NCBI GenBank assembly: GCA_040390065.1
Contig: JAZJZE010000009.1
Location: 346,930 to 410,929 of the forward strand
Direction of reading: 5' to 3'
From: a bacterium
GTDB taxonomy: Archaea; Thermoplasmatota; E2; JACPAO01; JAHFTW01
Length of the DNA stretch: 64,000 bases
Each line of letters begins with the position of its first letter. Within the stretch, counting starts at the first letter, position 1. The position numbers and the translations under genes were made by a program. The notes below the pieces were generated by a model, which was not told where the DNA came from, ran no database searches, and saw only the letters and a list, made by a program, of their open reading frames with translations. Shown here in pieces: positions 55,049 through 63,823 of the stretch.

Positions 55049-55233
55049 TCCAACTTGACCACGTGCACACTCTGCGAACCCTGGCACCGCGGACAACGCA
55101 ACGGCACAACCACCGCCTTCCCCGCCGGCAAGAACACGCCAGTCCCACGACACGTCGAGCAGCGCGGATTAGGCGACCGCACCCGCGTCGGCCGAGGCGG
55201 ACGACCGTTGACGCGCATCTCGGCCAAAGGCAT
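55042..55233 (-). CDS. Small DnaJ-type Zn-finger protein
   Basis: CSTCRGTGVF..CPRCQGS; paralog of 44991..45203. Confidence 0.6.
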   Translation of the reverse strand: MPLAEMRVNGRPPRPTRVRSPNPRCSTCRGTGVFLPAGKAVVVPLRCPRCQGSQSVHVVKLDY

Positions 55234-55290
55234 GGCGTTGGGTTCAACGCCGGAGGGCTAAAGTCAGGCCAGATAGCGGCGGGTTTCCTT

Positions 55291-55322
55291 CCTGAAGGCA
55301 AGGTTCCTTCAGGCGCCTGAAG
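55291..55322. promoter_or_regulatory. Three alternating CCTGAAG(G) sites forming overlapping inverted repeats
   Basis: CCTGAAGG-N7-CCTTCAGG plus perfect palindrome CTTCAGGCGCCTGAAG (55307..55322) in a divergent promoter region. Confidence 0.5.
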
Positions 55323-55391
55323 TATCGTCCAGGAAAGGTTTCGCGCCCCCCTGGAAAGCCTCCATGGACCTTTGCTACGTGTCAGCGAACC

Positions 55392-56408
55392 ATGGTGACG
55401 ATTCCCGGCTACCGAAACGACGAGGTGCATCCGACGCTGTCGCGGGCGCGCCCGTTGTCGCAGTTGCGTCTCGGCCAGGACGTCCTCGACCGACCGGCCT
55501 ACGGCGCCTGCGATGTCCTCGAGTCCGCGGGTGCCGGCGGTTTGAACGATTTCACGTTTGGTGGGTCGACGACGGGGGAGGCGTGGTCTGTGAATCCCTA
55601 TTCGGGGTGCATGCATGCGTGTACGTACTGCTACGTGCCGGACACGATCAAGGCGGAGCGGCGGCGTTGGGGCTCGTACGCAATCGTGAAGCGTGACTTG
55701 CCGACGCGGCTTGCCCGGGCGATGCAGGGCGCGAAGAAGATGACAGTGTACCTGTCGACGGCAACGGATCCGTACCAGCCGTTGGAGGCGGGGCACGAGA
55801 TCACGCGGCGGTGCCTCGAGGTACTCGTCCGCAGGGATTGGCCGGTTGAGGTGTTGACGCGCAGCCCTCTCGTCCTGCGCGATTTGGACCTCCTTTCGCA
55901 GTTGAGCCAGGTTCGCGTCGGCATGAGTGTGCCGACGTTGGATGACGCGGTACGGCGGGCCATCGAGCCGAAGGCGCCCGCCATTGCATCCCGGATGCGG
56001 ACGCTGAAGCGCCTGTCGGACGCAGGGATTGTGACGTTTGCGAACTACACGCCGGCGTGTCCGCCCACGACGCATGACGCGCAGGCCGTGGCGAAGGCAT
56101 TCCTCGATGCGGGCGTGCATTGGGTGAACTCGCGGGGATTCCAGCGCAAGGAGACCGCCTTGGTTCCCTTGTTCGACCGGCTCGTCGGGACGCCGTGGGA
56201 GGACCTGACGCGGTTCTTTGCCAGTGTGTTACGGCAGGACGAGTGGCAGCAGGCGTTGGGCCAGGCGTTTCGGCAGCTTGGCCTTCCCCTGTCGACGCCG
56301 TTCTTCAATCCGCCTTTCGAACATCTCGTTGCGCCGTTGCCATCGAGCTTCGGCCAATCGCGGCTCGACCAGATCTTGCTGCCCGCCCTGGCGTCGGCGC
56401 GCCGCTAG
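55392..56408 (+). CDS. Radical SAM protein, spore-photoproduct-lyase-like (Rv2578c type)
   Basis: VNPYSGCMHACTYCY, STATDPYQPLE, LTRSPLVLRDLDLL, IEPKAP. Confidence 0.9.
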   Translation: MVTIPGYRNDEVHPTLSRARPLSQLRLGQDVLDRPAYGACDVLESAGAGGLNDFTFGGSTTGEAWSVNPYSGCMHACTYCYVPDTIKAERRRWGSYAIVKRDLPTRLARAMQGAKKMTVYLSTATDPYQPLEAGHEITRRCLEVLVRRDWPVEVLTRSPLVLRDLDLLSQLSQVRVGMSVPTLDDAVRRAIEPKAPAIASRMRTLKRLSDAGIVTFANYTPACPPTTHDAQAVAKAFLDAGVHWVNSRGFQRKETALVPLFDRLVGTPWEDLTRFFASVLRQDEWQQALGQAFRQLGLPLSTPFFNPPFEHLVAPLPSSFGQSRLDQILLPALASARR

Positions 56409-56749
56409 CGGGCCTTGCGCTGGTGGCCGGGCGCTGGGGCCTTCCTGCGGCGGGTAGGCCGTTGGCGCTTGGCTGCCGAGGCGGGGCGGACGAGGGGGCC
56501 GAACCGTTCGTCGGCTTCGGCCACGGCGGCCGCACGGTCCAAGCCCGCCGCCAGGCGTCTTTGGATGAAGAGGGCCCTCTCCAAGGCGGGGTTGGCCCCA
56601 AGGTTGGGGAACCTCGACGGATCGAAGACTTCGGAGCGCCCCCGGTACGGCCGCTTCGCTTTGTCGGCGGCCAGCGGCGTGAGACGCGGCAGGGGCGCAA
56701 CGGGGGGCGGGGCCTTGCCGCGTTGCGTCATGGTTGCCCTCTTTGCCAT
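56405..56749 (-). CDS. Basic hypothetical protein
   Basis: Fills gap; Arg/Lys-rich. Confidence 0.45.
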   Translation of the reverse strand: MAKRATMTQRGKAPPPVAPLPRLTPLAADKAKRPYRGRSEVFDPSRFPNLGANPALERALFIQRRLAAGLDRAAAVAEADERFGPLVRPASAAKRQRPTRRRKAPAPGHQRKAR

Positions 56750-56851
56750 CCTGTCAACCTCGGTGTTCCAGGAGATAACCAGAAGGGGCAACATTCGTAT
56801 AGGGGAGGCCGACCGCACAACCCATATCCCGCATCCGGGTGGGCCCGCCTG

Positions 56852-57430
56852 ATGAGCCAGATGCATTTCAAGACCCAGTTCTCCGGGCGGGCCTGGGCGT
56901 TGCCCGATTCCGTCGACACGGACATGATCACGCCCGGAAAGTACCTCACCATCATCGACCCGAAGGGTCTGTCGGAGCACATCCTCGAGGGCTGGCGACA
57001 GGATTTCCCCAAGCAGGTCAAGGCTGGCGACATCCTCGTCGCGGGCGACAACCTTGGCTGCGGGAGTTCACGCGAGCACGCGCCCCTGTCGATGCTCGGC
57101 GCAGGCATTCCCGTCGTCATCGCCCGCAGTTTCGCGCGCATCTTCTATCGCAACGCCATCAACGTGGGCTTGCCGGTCATGGAGTGCCCCGACATGCCGA
57201 AGGACTTCGTGAAGGACGGGGACTCCGTCGCGGTCGACCTCCAGCTCGGCGTCGTGCGCAACGAGACGAGCGGCAAGCAGACGAAGGGCATCCCGCTCTC
57301 GGCGAAGGCCATCGAGATCCTGGACGCGGGGGGCCTCGTCAACATCGTGCGCCACAAGCTCGCCAAACGCGGCGACGTGGTTCACAAGGCGGCAGGCAAC
57401 CCGCCCGAGGCGGACTTCAAGCAGGACTAG
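56852..57430 (+). CDS. leuD: 3-isopropylmalate dehydratase/homoaconitase small subunit
   Basis: VDTDMITPGKYL, NLGCGSSREHAP, SFARIFYRNAINVGLP. Confidence 0.93.
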   Translation: MSQMHFKTQFSGRAWALPDSVDTDMITPGKYLTIIDPKGLSEHILEGWRQDFPKQVKAGDILVAGDNLGCGSSREHAPLSMLGAGIPVVIARSFARIFYRNAINVGLPVMECPDMPKDFVKDGDSVAVDLQLGVVRNETSGKQTKGIPLSAKAIEILDAGGLVNIVRHKLAKRGDVVHKAAGNPPEADFKQD

Positions 57431-57702
57431 AGGCTGTTTCATAACTTCCAGGAGGCCTGCGCGCGCCGGTTTGCAAGGAGCGCTAGGAGGATTCGCCGAC
57501 TGCGTGGCAGCGCCACGCCGAGGCGGATCCGACGACGCGGTCCGCCGCAAAGCGGCGCGCCCTTGCGGGTCGTTTTCCGGCCACACATTCTTGGCGGCGC
57601 CGGCCGTGGCGGGCTGCCGGCCCGCCGGTGGCCAGCGCCGCCACGACTGCGAAGGCCGGAAAACGACGCAGGCCACCCTGGCAGTTATGAAACAGCCTCT
57701 AG
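57427..57702. mobile_element. MITE (non-autonomous), ~276 bp
   Basis: Perfect 20-bp terminal inverted repeat CTAGAGGCTGTTTCATAACT / AGTTATGAAACAGCCTCTAG; internal IR GTCGTTTTCCGGCC / GGCCGGAAAACGAC; no ORF. Confidence 0.85.
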
Positions 57703-57709
57703 AGGTCGC

Positions 57710-57979
57710 TCACGCTGGCGGCGCAGCAGGCGCTGGGTCCGGCGCCGCGGGCGTGACGAGGTCGTCGGCCTTGAGCGTGCTGCGTTTGGCGCCAGCGGCA
57801 TTGCGGGCTGCCGTTTCGCCGAGCTTGCGCAGGTACTCTTCCGTCATTGTCTTGGCGGCAGCGATGGCTTCGGGGGCCACTCGCCAATCGGCGCCGCTGG
57901 GGGGCGTGCCGGTCCGGTCGGTTCCTTCCTTGAGCAGGGCCTTGACGTGCGAGTCGGCAAGCGTCATGCCACCCGCCAT
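57710..57979 (-). CDS. Archaeal histone-fold protein with loop insertion and Pro/Ala C-terminal tail
   Basis: LADSHVKALLK..RVAPEAI..EEYL..AA..A.GAKRSTLKADD (RV and RxT.xxxD histone signatures). Confidence 0.8.
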   Translation of the reverse strand: MAGGMTLADSHVKALLKEGTDRTGTPPSGADWRVAPEAIAAAKTMTEEYLRKLGETAARNAAGAKRSTLKADDLVTPAAPDPAPAAPPA

Positions 57980-58056
57980 GCCGTGGCCCCTTATTGCTGC
58001 CACGGGCGCCGAAGGTGGCCGCAAACCTGAGAAGACGCGAGGGTCTCTTGGCGGCC

Positions 58057-58455
58057 GTGCCCCACGTGCAGTCCATGGCCATCCGGTTCCGCGACATCGA
58101 TGCGCTGGACCACGTCAACCACGCCGTCATCCTCACCTACGCCGAGACCGTGCGCTGCGACTGGTTCGCCGCGAAGGGCTGGACGAGCATGGCCAACCTC
58201 CCGTTCATCATCGCCTCGGCGCACGTCGACTACAAGGCGCCCATCCCGAAGACGGCGGACCTGGAAGTGCGCATGTGGGTGAGTCGGTTCGGCAGCAAGT
58301 CCTGGGATTTCGACTACGAGGTGCGCGACCGGGCGTCGGGCACGCTGTTTGCGTTGGTCAAGACGGTCCAGGTCGGCTACGATTACGCGGCGCGGGCCTC
58401 GATGACAATCCCACCCAAGTTGCGGACCCTGCTTGAAGAGCTTGGCTCTGCGTGA
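58057..58455 (+). CDS. Acyl-CoA thioesterase
   Basis: IRFRDIDALDHVNHAV; paralog of 19540..19941 (SWDFDYE, TVQVxYDY). Confidence 0.9.
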   Translation: MPHVQSMAIRFRDIDALDHVNHAVILTYAETVRCDWFAAKGWTSMANLPFIIASAHVDYKAPIPKTADLEVRMWVSRFGSKSWDFDYEVRDRASGTLFALVKTVQVGYDYAARASMTIPPKLRTLLEELGSA

Positions 58456-58510
58456 TTCCACCAACAGTCGATTTTAACTCCAGGCCCTACAAATGCGGTA
58501 CTCGAAGCCC

Positions 58511-59065
58511 ATGGCACTCGAATGGCTCTGGATCGGACTCGTCGTCCTCGTCGTCATCCTCATTCTGTACTTCTTCAGCGCCGTCAACCGCTTCACGCGG
58601 TACGGAAACGCCATCGACAACGCCTGGGCGCAAATCGACGTGCAGCTGCAGCGCAGGGGCGACTTGATCCCCAACCTCATCGAGACCGTGAAGGGTTACG
58701 CTGCCCACGAGAAGGGCGTCTTCACCGCCGTCTCCAACGCACGCGCCGCAATGATCGGGGCCAAGAGTCCGCAAGAGAAGATGGCCGCCTCCGGCATCCT
58801 CGACCAGGCCCTCGGCAAACTGTTCGCCATCAGTGAGGCCTACCCGGAACTGAAGGCCAACACGAACTTCCTGCAACTGCAGGACGAACTGTCGCACACG
58901 GAGAACACCATCGCGTTCTCGCGCCAGAACTACAACGACTCGGTGCTGCGCTACAACAACGCCATCCAGACGTACCCGGGCAAGTGGTTCGCAGGCTCGC
59001 GCACGACGCGCCAGATGCTGGCCGTCCCCGAGGCGTCCAAGGCCGTCCCCAAGGTCGCGTTCTGA
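58511..59065 (+). CDS. lemA: LemA family protein
   Basis: NAWAQIDVQLQRRGDLIPNLIETVKGYAAHE, EAYPELKANTNF. Confidence 0.96.
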   Translation: MALEWLWIGLVVLVVILILYFFSAVNRFTRYGNAIDNAWAQIDVQLQRRGDLIPNLIETVKGYAAHEKGVFTAVSNARAAMIGAKSPQEKMAASGILDQALGKLFAISEAYPELKANTNFLQLQDELSHTENTIAFSRQNYNDSVLRYNNAIQTYPGKWFAGSRTTRQMLAVPEASKAVPKVAF

Positions 59066-59071
59066 GTCCGC

Positions 59072-59980
59072 ATGGCCATGATGCTCGATGAGCAGATCCG
59101 CCACAACAAGGTGGCGACGGTCAGGCTCTTTGTCTTGGTCTTCCTGATTCTGGCCGGCATGGTCTTCGCCGTCGGCATCCTGCTGCACACGCCGCCCATC
59201 ATCACGGGCATCTTCGCCCTCGTCTTCGGCCTGCTGTACCTGGCGATCGCAAGCGCATCGTCCGTGCCCGCCATCCTGGCCGCTGCCAGGGCGCGGCCGG
59301 CAAATCCCGCCGTCCGGGAAGAGAAACTCCTCATCTACGCCGTGGAGGAGATGAGCATCGCGGCCGGCATCCGACCGGTCCCCAAGGTGTACGTGCAGGA
59401 GGATGACGACATCAACGCGTTTGCCACCGGCCGCAACCCGAAAGAGGCCATCGTCTGCGCCACGACCGGAGCCCTCAAGCGGCTCAACCAGGAGGAGCTG
59501 CAGGGCGTCATCGGGCACGAGCTGTCGCACATCCGCAACCAGGACATCAAGGTCACGACGTACGCCATCGCGCTCATCGGCCTCATCGCCATGATTGGCG
59601 AGATCGCGGTGCGCTCCCTGTTCTTCGGCGGCGGGCGGCGGGGCGGTCGCGAAGGCGGTGGCGGCGCGCAGATTCTCATCTTCCTCGCGGCCATCGCCTT
59701 CGTCATCCTCGGCGTCGTGCTGTCGCGCATGGTGTACTTCGCCATCAGCCGCCGCCGCGAGTACCTGGCCGACGCGTCGGGCGCGGAACTCACGCGCAAC
59801 CCCGAAGGCCTCGCGTCGGCGCTGGAGAAGATCGCTGCCAGCCAGCCGACGCCCAACCGCGGCGACCGCACCGTGGCCAGCCTCTATCTGGACAACCCAT
59901 TCCGCCGCCTGAATGCGAATTCCGTCTGGTCCACGCACCCGCCAATCGACCAGCGCATTGCCCGCCTGCGTGGCCGCTAG
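59072..59980 (+). CDS. htpX: M48 zinc metalloprotease HtpX
   Basis: INAFATGRNP, GVIGHELSH, SRRREYLADA, LASALEKI, STHPP. Confidence 0.95.
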   Translation: MAMMLDEQIRHNKVATVRLFVLVFLILAGMVFAVGILLHTPPIITGIFALVFGLLYLAIASASSVPAILAAARARPANPAVREEKLLIYAVEEMSIAAGIRPVPKVYVQEDDDINAFATGRNPKEAIVCATTGALKRLNQEELQGVIGHELSHIRNQDIKVTTYAIALIGLIAMIGEIAVRSLFFGGGRRGGREGGGGAQILIFLAAIAFVILGVVLSRMVYFAISRRREYLADASGAELTRNPEGLASALEKIAASQPTPNRGDRTVASLYLDNPFRRLNANSVWSTHPPIDQRIARLRGR

Positions 59981-60043
59981 CCTGCCCGGGCGGCAAGCCG
60001 GCCATCCACAACCCTTTTTCACGTCCACGTCTGGCCTTTGGTC

Positions 60044-61711
60044 ATGAAGATGGCGCTCGCCCTTGCGGCCCTGTTCGCCCTCACGGCGTTCGCGGGCTGC
60101 TCCGGCACGGACTCGACCGATTCGACCCCCACCGCCAAGGTGGTCCCGGACCTGTCCATCCTGTCCAAGGCGCAGTACGCCGTGAAGGCGCCGCAGGAGG
60201 TCTGGGTCTCCTCGTCCGTGGACGGCAAGCGCCTGGATAATGCCGTGTACCTCCCCGACGTCGCGGACGGAACCAAGGTCCCCGTCTTCATCAACTTCAG
60301 CCCCTACTGGGGCGACTCGGCGATGAACAAGGGTGACCACTTCGCGCAATACATGATCAGCGAATACGTGCCGCGTGGCTACGCCGTCGTCTTGTCCGCG
60401 GTCCGCGGCACCGGCCACAGCGAGGGCTGCTTCCAGATCGGCGGTGACCAGGAATTGAAGGACGCCTACGACGTCGTCGACTACTTTTCCAAGCAGCCGT
60501 GGTCCAACGGCAACGTCGGCGCAGGCGGAAAGTCCTACGACTCCACGACGCAGAATGGCCTCATCGCAAAGTTCCCGCACCCGGCCCTGAAGACGTTGTT
60601 CCACGTGTCCGGCATCACGGACATGTACCGCTACAACGCCAAGGCCGGCGTCGTGTACAACAATGGCCTCACCTTCAACACGATGTACGGCGCAGGCCAG
60701 GGGCTGGACGAGTACGGTCTGCCCGGTCTTGGCACACACTCGGACGGCACGAGCAACGCCGACGAGGACCAGGACAGCTTGGCCCGCGTCATCGACGACG
60801 CGGCGTGTGTCGAATTGCCAAAGGAGAACGCCTCCGGCGCCGGCACCGCGGCCGACGGCATGAAGGACGCCTACTGGCAGGAACGCGACTGGGTCAAGTT
60901 CCTGCCCCAAAGCACGTGGAACGGCTCCATCTTCTTCGTGCACGGTCTGCAGGACTGGAACGTCAAGCCGGACAACATCGACCCGTGGGTCGAGGAATTG
61001 CAGGCCAAGCACATCCAAGTGAAGGGCTGGCTTCACCAGGAGACCGACAACCTCGGCCACCTGTACCCGATGCGCACGGACTGGAACATCACGATGCTGC
61101 GCTGGCTCGACTGGTACCTCAAGGGCATCGACACGGGCATCCAGAACGAACTCGGCTTCGACGTGATGGGGAGCGACAAGGTTTGGCGGCATGACGATAC
61201 GTGGCCGCCGGCGGGGCGAGACTTGTCCATCCCCTCCATCTCGCCGGTCCCGGCCGACGGATACACGATTGCGGGGCTGGGAAACGGTACCCGCATCGCC
61301 GGGGTCCCCTACGTGAGTATTGGTGCATCGACCACCGGCCCGGACCCAGTCCTCCTCGCGGCGCTCTACGACGTAGGTGAAGGCAAGACGACCTGGCTCA
61401 ACGACGCCGTTGGACGGCCGGCTCTCAGGGCCGACCTGTCCGGCCCGAGCGGCTACGTTCCCGGCCCGGTGGCCGTGTTCAACCTGACGTTCTACCCGAT
61501 GGACTACGAGTTGAAGGCAGGCCATTCGCTCAAGCTGGTCGTTGGGCTAGATCCGACGCGGCAGGAGACGCAAGACATGGCGGATTTCGAGTACACGCCA
61601 TCGCAGGCGGCCGGCACGACGTACAGCATGGCAGTCCTGCACTTGCCCATCATCTCTAGCGGCGCGGTCCTTTCGCCCCAGCCCATCCACATGAAGTGCT
61701 TCGCCTGCTAG
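60044..61711 (+). CDS. CocE/NonD (S15) hydrolase lipoprotein
   Basis: FAGC lipobox, SPYW, VRGTGHSEGC, WSNGNVGAGGKSY, HGLQDWNVKP. Confidence 0.9.
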   Translation: MKMALALAALFALTAFAGCSGTDSTDSTPTAKVVPDLSILSKAQYAVKAPQEVWVSSSVDGKRLDNAVYLPDVADGTKVPVFINFSPYWGDSAMNKGDHFAQYMISEYVPRGYAVVLSAVRGTGHSEGCFQIGGDQELKDAYDVVDYFSKQPWSNGNVGAGGKSYDSTTQNGLIAKFPHPALKTLFHVSGITDMYRYNAKAGVVYNNGLTFNTMYGAGQGLDEYGLPGLGTHSDGTSNADEDQDSLARVIDDAACVELPKENASGAGTAADGMKDAYWQERDWVKFLPQSTWNGSIFFVHGLQDWNVKPDNIDPWVEELQAKHIQVKGWLHQETDNLGHLYPMRTDWNITMLRWLDWYLKGIDTGIQNELGFDVMGSDKVWRHDDTWPPAGRDLSIPSISPVPADGYTIAGLGNGTRIAGVPYVSIGASTTGPDPVLLAALYDVGEGKTTWLNDAVGRPALRADLSGPSGYVPGPVAVFNLTFYPMDYELKAGHSLKLVVGLDPTRQETQDMADFEYTPSQAAGTTYSMAVLHLPIISSGAVLSPQPIHMKCFAC

Positions 61712-62628
61712 CAGTAGTCGCTTTGCTTGCCGCTCTCTTGCGAGCCGCCAGGGAGGTCCCGCGCCTTGGCGGAATCCGTCGGGCCGAACCAATCGAGCCA
61801 GCAGACGGCATGCGTGTCGAAGCCGTCGCTGTACTGTGACCACTCTGGCCGCAGGGTCTTGCCGTTCGTGTGGCGCAGGTCGAGCACGCCGAAATCGACG
61901 AAGACGTTGAGGTTGGCCTCGAAGCCGACCGCGGTGGCAAGAAGGTCGCCTGCGTGGACATGGACGGGCGGATCGACATCGTAGTACTGGGTCTTGTTGA
62001 AGCCGATGATGAGCGGCAGGGCGTCCGCAATGGCGCGGAATTCCGGAGACAAGCGACGCAGGTGGCCGAACGTGTACATGATGCCGCATGGGGCGATGAA
62101 CTCGAATCCGTCCTGCTCTTCGAGGCCATAGGGGGCGCCGATGTCGGTGCCGTTGCGCATGGCGTGCGTGCCCCGGACGACGTAGGCGTCGAACGGCAAA
62201 CGGACGGTCACGTTGTTGTCCGTGTTGTTGTCGAAGCGGAAGCCGCCGTGCAGCTTGAAGGCGTTGCCGCGCACCTGGCCAGGATACAGGATGGCCGTCG
62301 CCACGCCGAGGTCAACTGGTGTGGCCAGCACGAGCGGGTCTGGGCACGGCGGCGGTGTGCCACTCGGGATCCAGTCCCCGCTTGCGCCAAGGTGCCAAGT
62401 GACCTCCCGACCCGGACCGGGGGTCGTGGCGTTCGCAGCGGGCGGTGGCATCAAGGGATCCACGGGAGGCGCCGTCGTTTGTGCTAGCGACGTGGAGGGC
62501 TGCGTGCTCGTCCCTGAGGTTGCGACGTTGGCTGGCGCCGTGCAGCCCGCCAGGACAAGAATGGCAATGGCCATCACGACGCGGGGCACCGGCCTGGATG
62601 GCCGTTCGGGGGCCATAAGCAGGAGCAT
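61708..62628 (-). CDS. Lipoprotein with M23-like fold motifs
   Basis: LAGC lipobox; KLHGGFRF, YTFGHL, VHAGDLLAT, DFGVLD. Confidence 0.65.
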   Translation of the reverse strand: MLLLMAPERPSRPVPRVVMAIAILVLAGCTAPANVATSGTSTQPSTSLAQTTAPPVDPLMPPPAANATTPGPGREVTWHLGASGDWIPSGTPPPCPDPLVLATPVDLGVATAILYPGQVRGNAFKLHGGFRFDNNTDNNVTVRLPFDAYVVRGTHAMRNGTDIGAPYGLEEQDGFEFIAPCGIMYTFGHLRRLSPEFRAIADALPLIIGFNKTQYYDVDPPVHVHAGDLLATAVGFEANLNVFVDFGVLDLRHTNGKTLRPEWSQYSDGFDTHAVCWLDWFGPTDSAKARDLPGGSQESGKQSDYC

Positions 62629-62671
62629 TCGGGGGCCGCCAGGTTAAAGGTCGCCCTTCGGTCCCGCAACC

Positions 62672-63823
62672 GTGGCCAACGCCAAGATCGTCTCCGCCCC
62701 CGGCGACGGCGTCGGGAAGGAAGTCATCGCGGCGGCACACGACGTGCTTGCGGCCGTGCAGGAAAAGCACGGTTTCCACCTCGACATCCAACACGTGGAA
62801 TGCGGCGCTCAGTACTACTCCAAGACCGGCCACGAATGGCAGGAAGGCGGACTTGCGGCCTGCGGTGAGGCGGACGCGGTCCTGCTCGGCGCCGTGGGTT
62901 GGCCCGGCGTGTCGCTGCCGGATGGCAACATCGCGGGTTGGAACGTCATCTTCGGCCTCCGTCTCGGCCTGGACCTCTACGCCAACGTCCGGCCGTGCAA
63001 ACTGTTCCCCGGCGTGCCGCACAAGGTCTCGGAGAAGTTCATGCAGGTCTGGGAGCCCAAGAACGTCGAGATGATCCTGTTCCGCGAGAACACCGAGGGT
63101 TCGTACACGCCGACGCGAGGCGCCTTGAAACGCGCGGGAATCGAGGAGGTCGCCGTCGACGCCCGCGTCATCACGCGCAAGGGCGCAACGCGCATCGCAG
63201 AGCGAGCCTTCGAAGCCGCCCAAGCACGCCGCGCCGAACGCAAGGCCGCTGGATTGTCCCACCCGTCCACACCGGGCAACACGGATGCGGCCAAGGTGAC
63301 GTGCGTCGACAAGTCGAACGTGCGCGCCGGCTGCCGCCTGTTCCGCGCCTGCTACGACGAGGTCGGCGTCAAGCATCCGGCAATCACGCGGGACTACGCG
63401 TACGTCGACGCATTCACGCAGAGCCTCGTCCGCAATCCGGAGTGGTACGACGTCGTCGTGGCGCCAAACATGCTGGGTGACATCGTGACCGACCTCGCCG
63501 CCGTCTTGCAGGGCGGCATGGGAATGGCTGCGTCGGGCAACATTGGGGACCACCACGCCATGTTCGAGCCCGTGCACGGCAGCGCGCCCAAGCACGCCGG
63601 CAAGGACCAGATCAACCCATACGCTTCCATCCTGACGGCCGGCATGATGCTGCAGCACGTCGGCACAAAGAAGGGCGACAAGCGCATGTTGGCGGGAGCG
63701 GCCGCGGTCGAAGCAGCCGTGGCCTCCTGCCTGAAGCGCGGCGTCTTCACGTACGACCTCGGCGGCGCGTACAAGTGCTCGGCCGTCGGCAAGGAAGTCG
63801 CGACGACCATCAAGGGGTCGTAG
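62672..63823 (+). CDS. leuB: Isocitrate/isopropylmalate dehydrogenase family
   Basis: PGDGVGKEV, LDLYANVRP, RENTEG, VDKSNV, NMLGDIVTD, FEPVHGSAP. Confidence 0.88.
   Translation: MANAKIVSAPGDGVGKEVIAAAHDVLAAVQEKHGFHLDIQHVECGAQYYSKTGHEWQEGGLAACGEADAVLLGAVGWPGVSLPDGNIAGWNVIFGLRLGLDLYANVRPCKLFPGVPHKVSEKFMQVWEPKNVEMILFRENTEGSYTPTRGALKRAGIEEVAVDARVITRKGATRIAERAFEAAQARRAERKAAGLSHPSTPGNTDAAKVTCVDKSNVRAGCRLFRACYDEVGVKHPAITRDYAYVDAFTQSLVRNPEWYDVVVAPNMLGDIVTDLAAVLQGGMGMAASGNIGDHHAMFEPVHGSAPKHAGKDQINPYASILTAGMMLQHVGTKKGDKRMLAGAAAVEAAVASCLKRGVFTYDLGGAYKCSAVGKEVATTIKGS

Noticed and set aside
58487-61525. 1012-aa minus-strand ORF (also 15321..17234, 4667..6862, 28558..30699 and similar)
   Set aside because: Antisense shadows of well-supported genes, expected in high-GC DNA; no motifs
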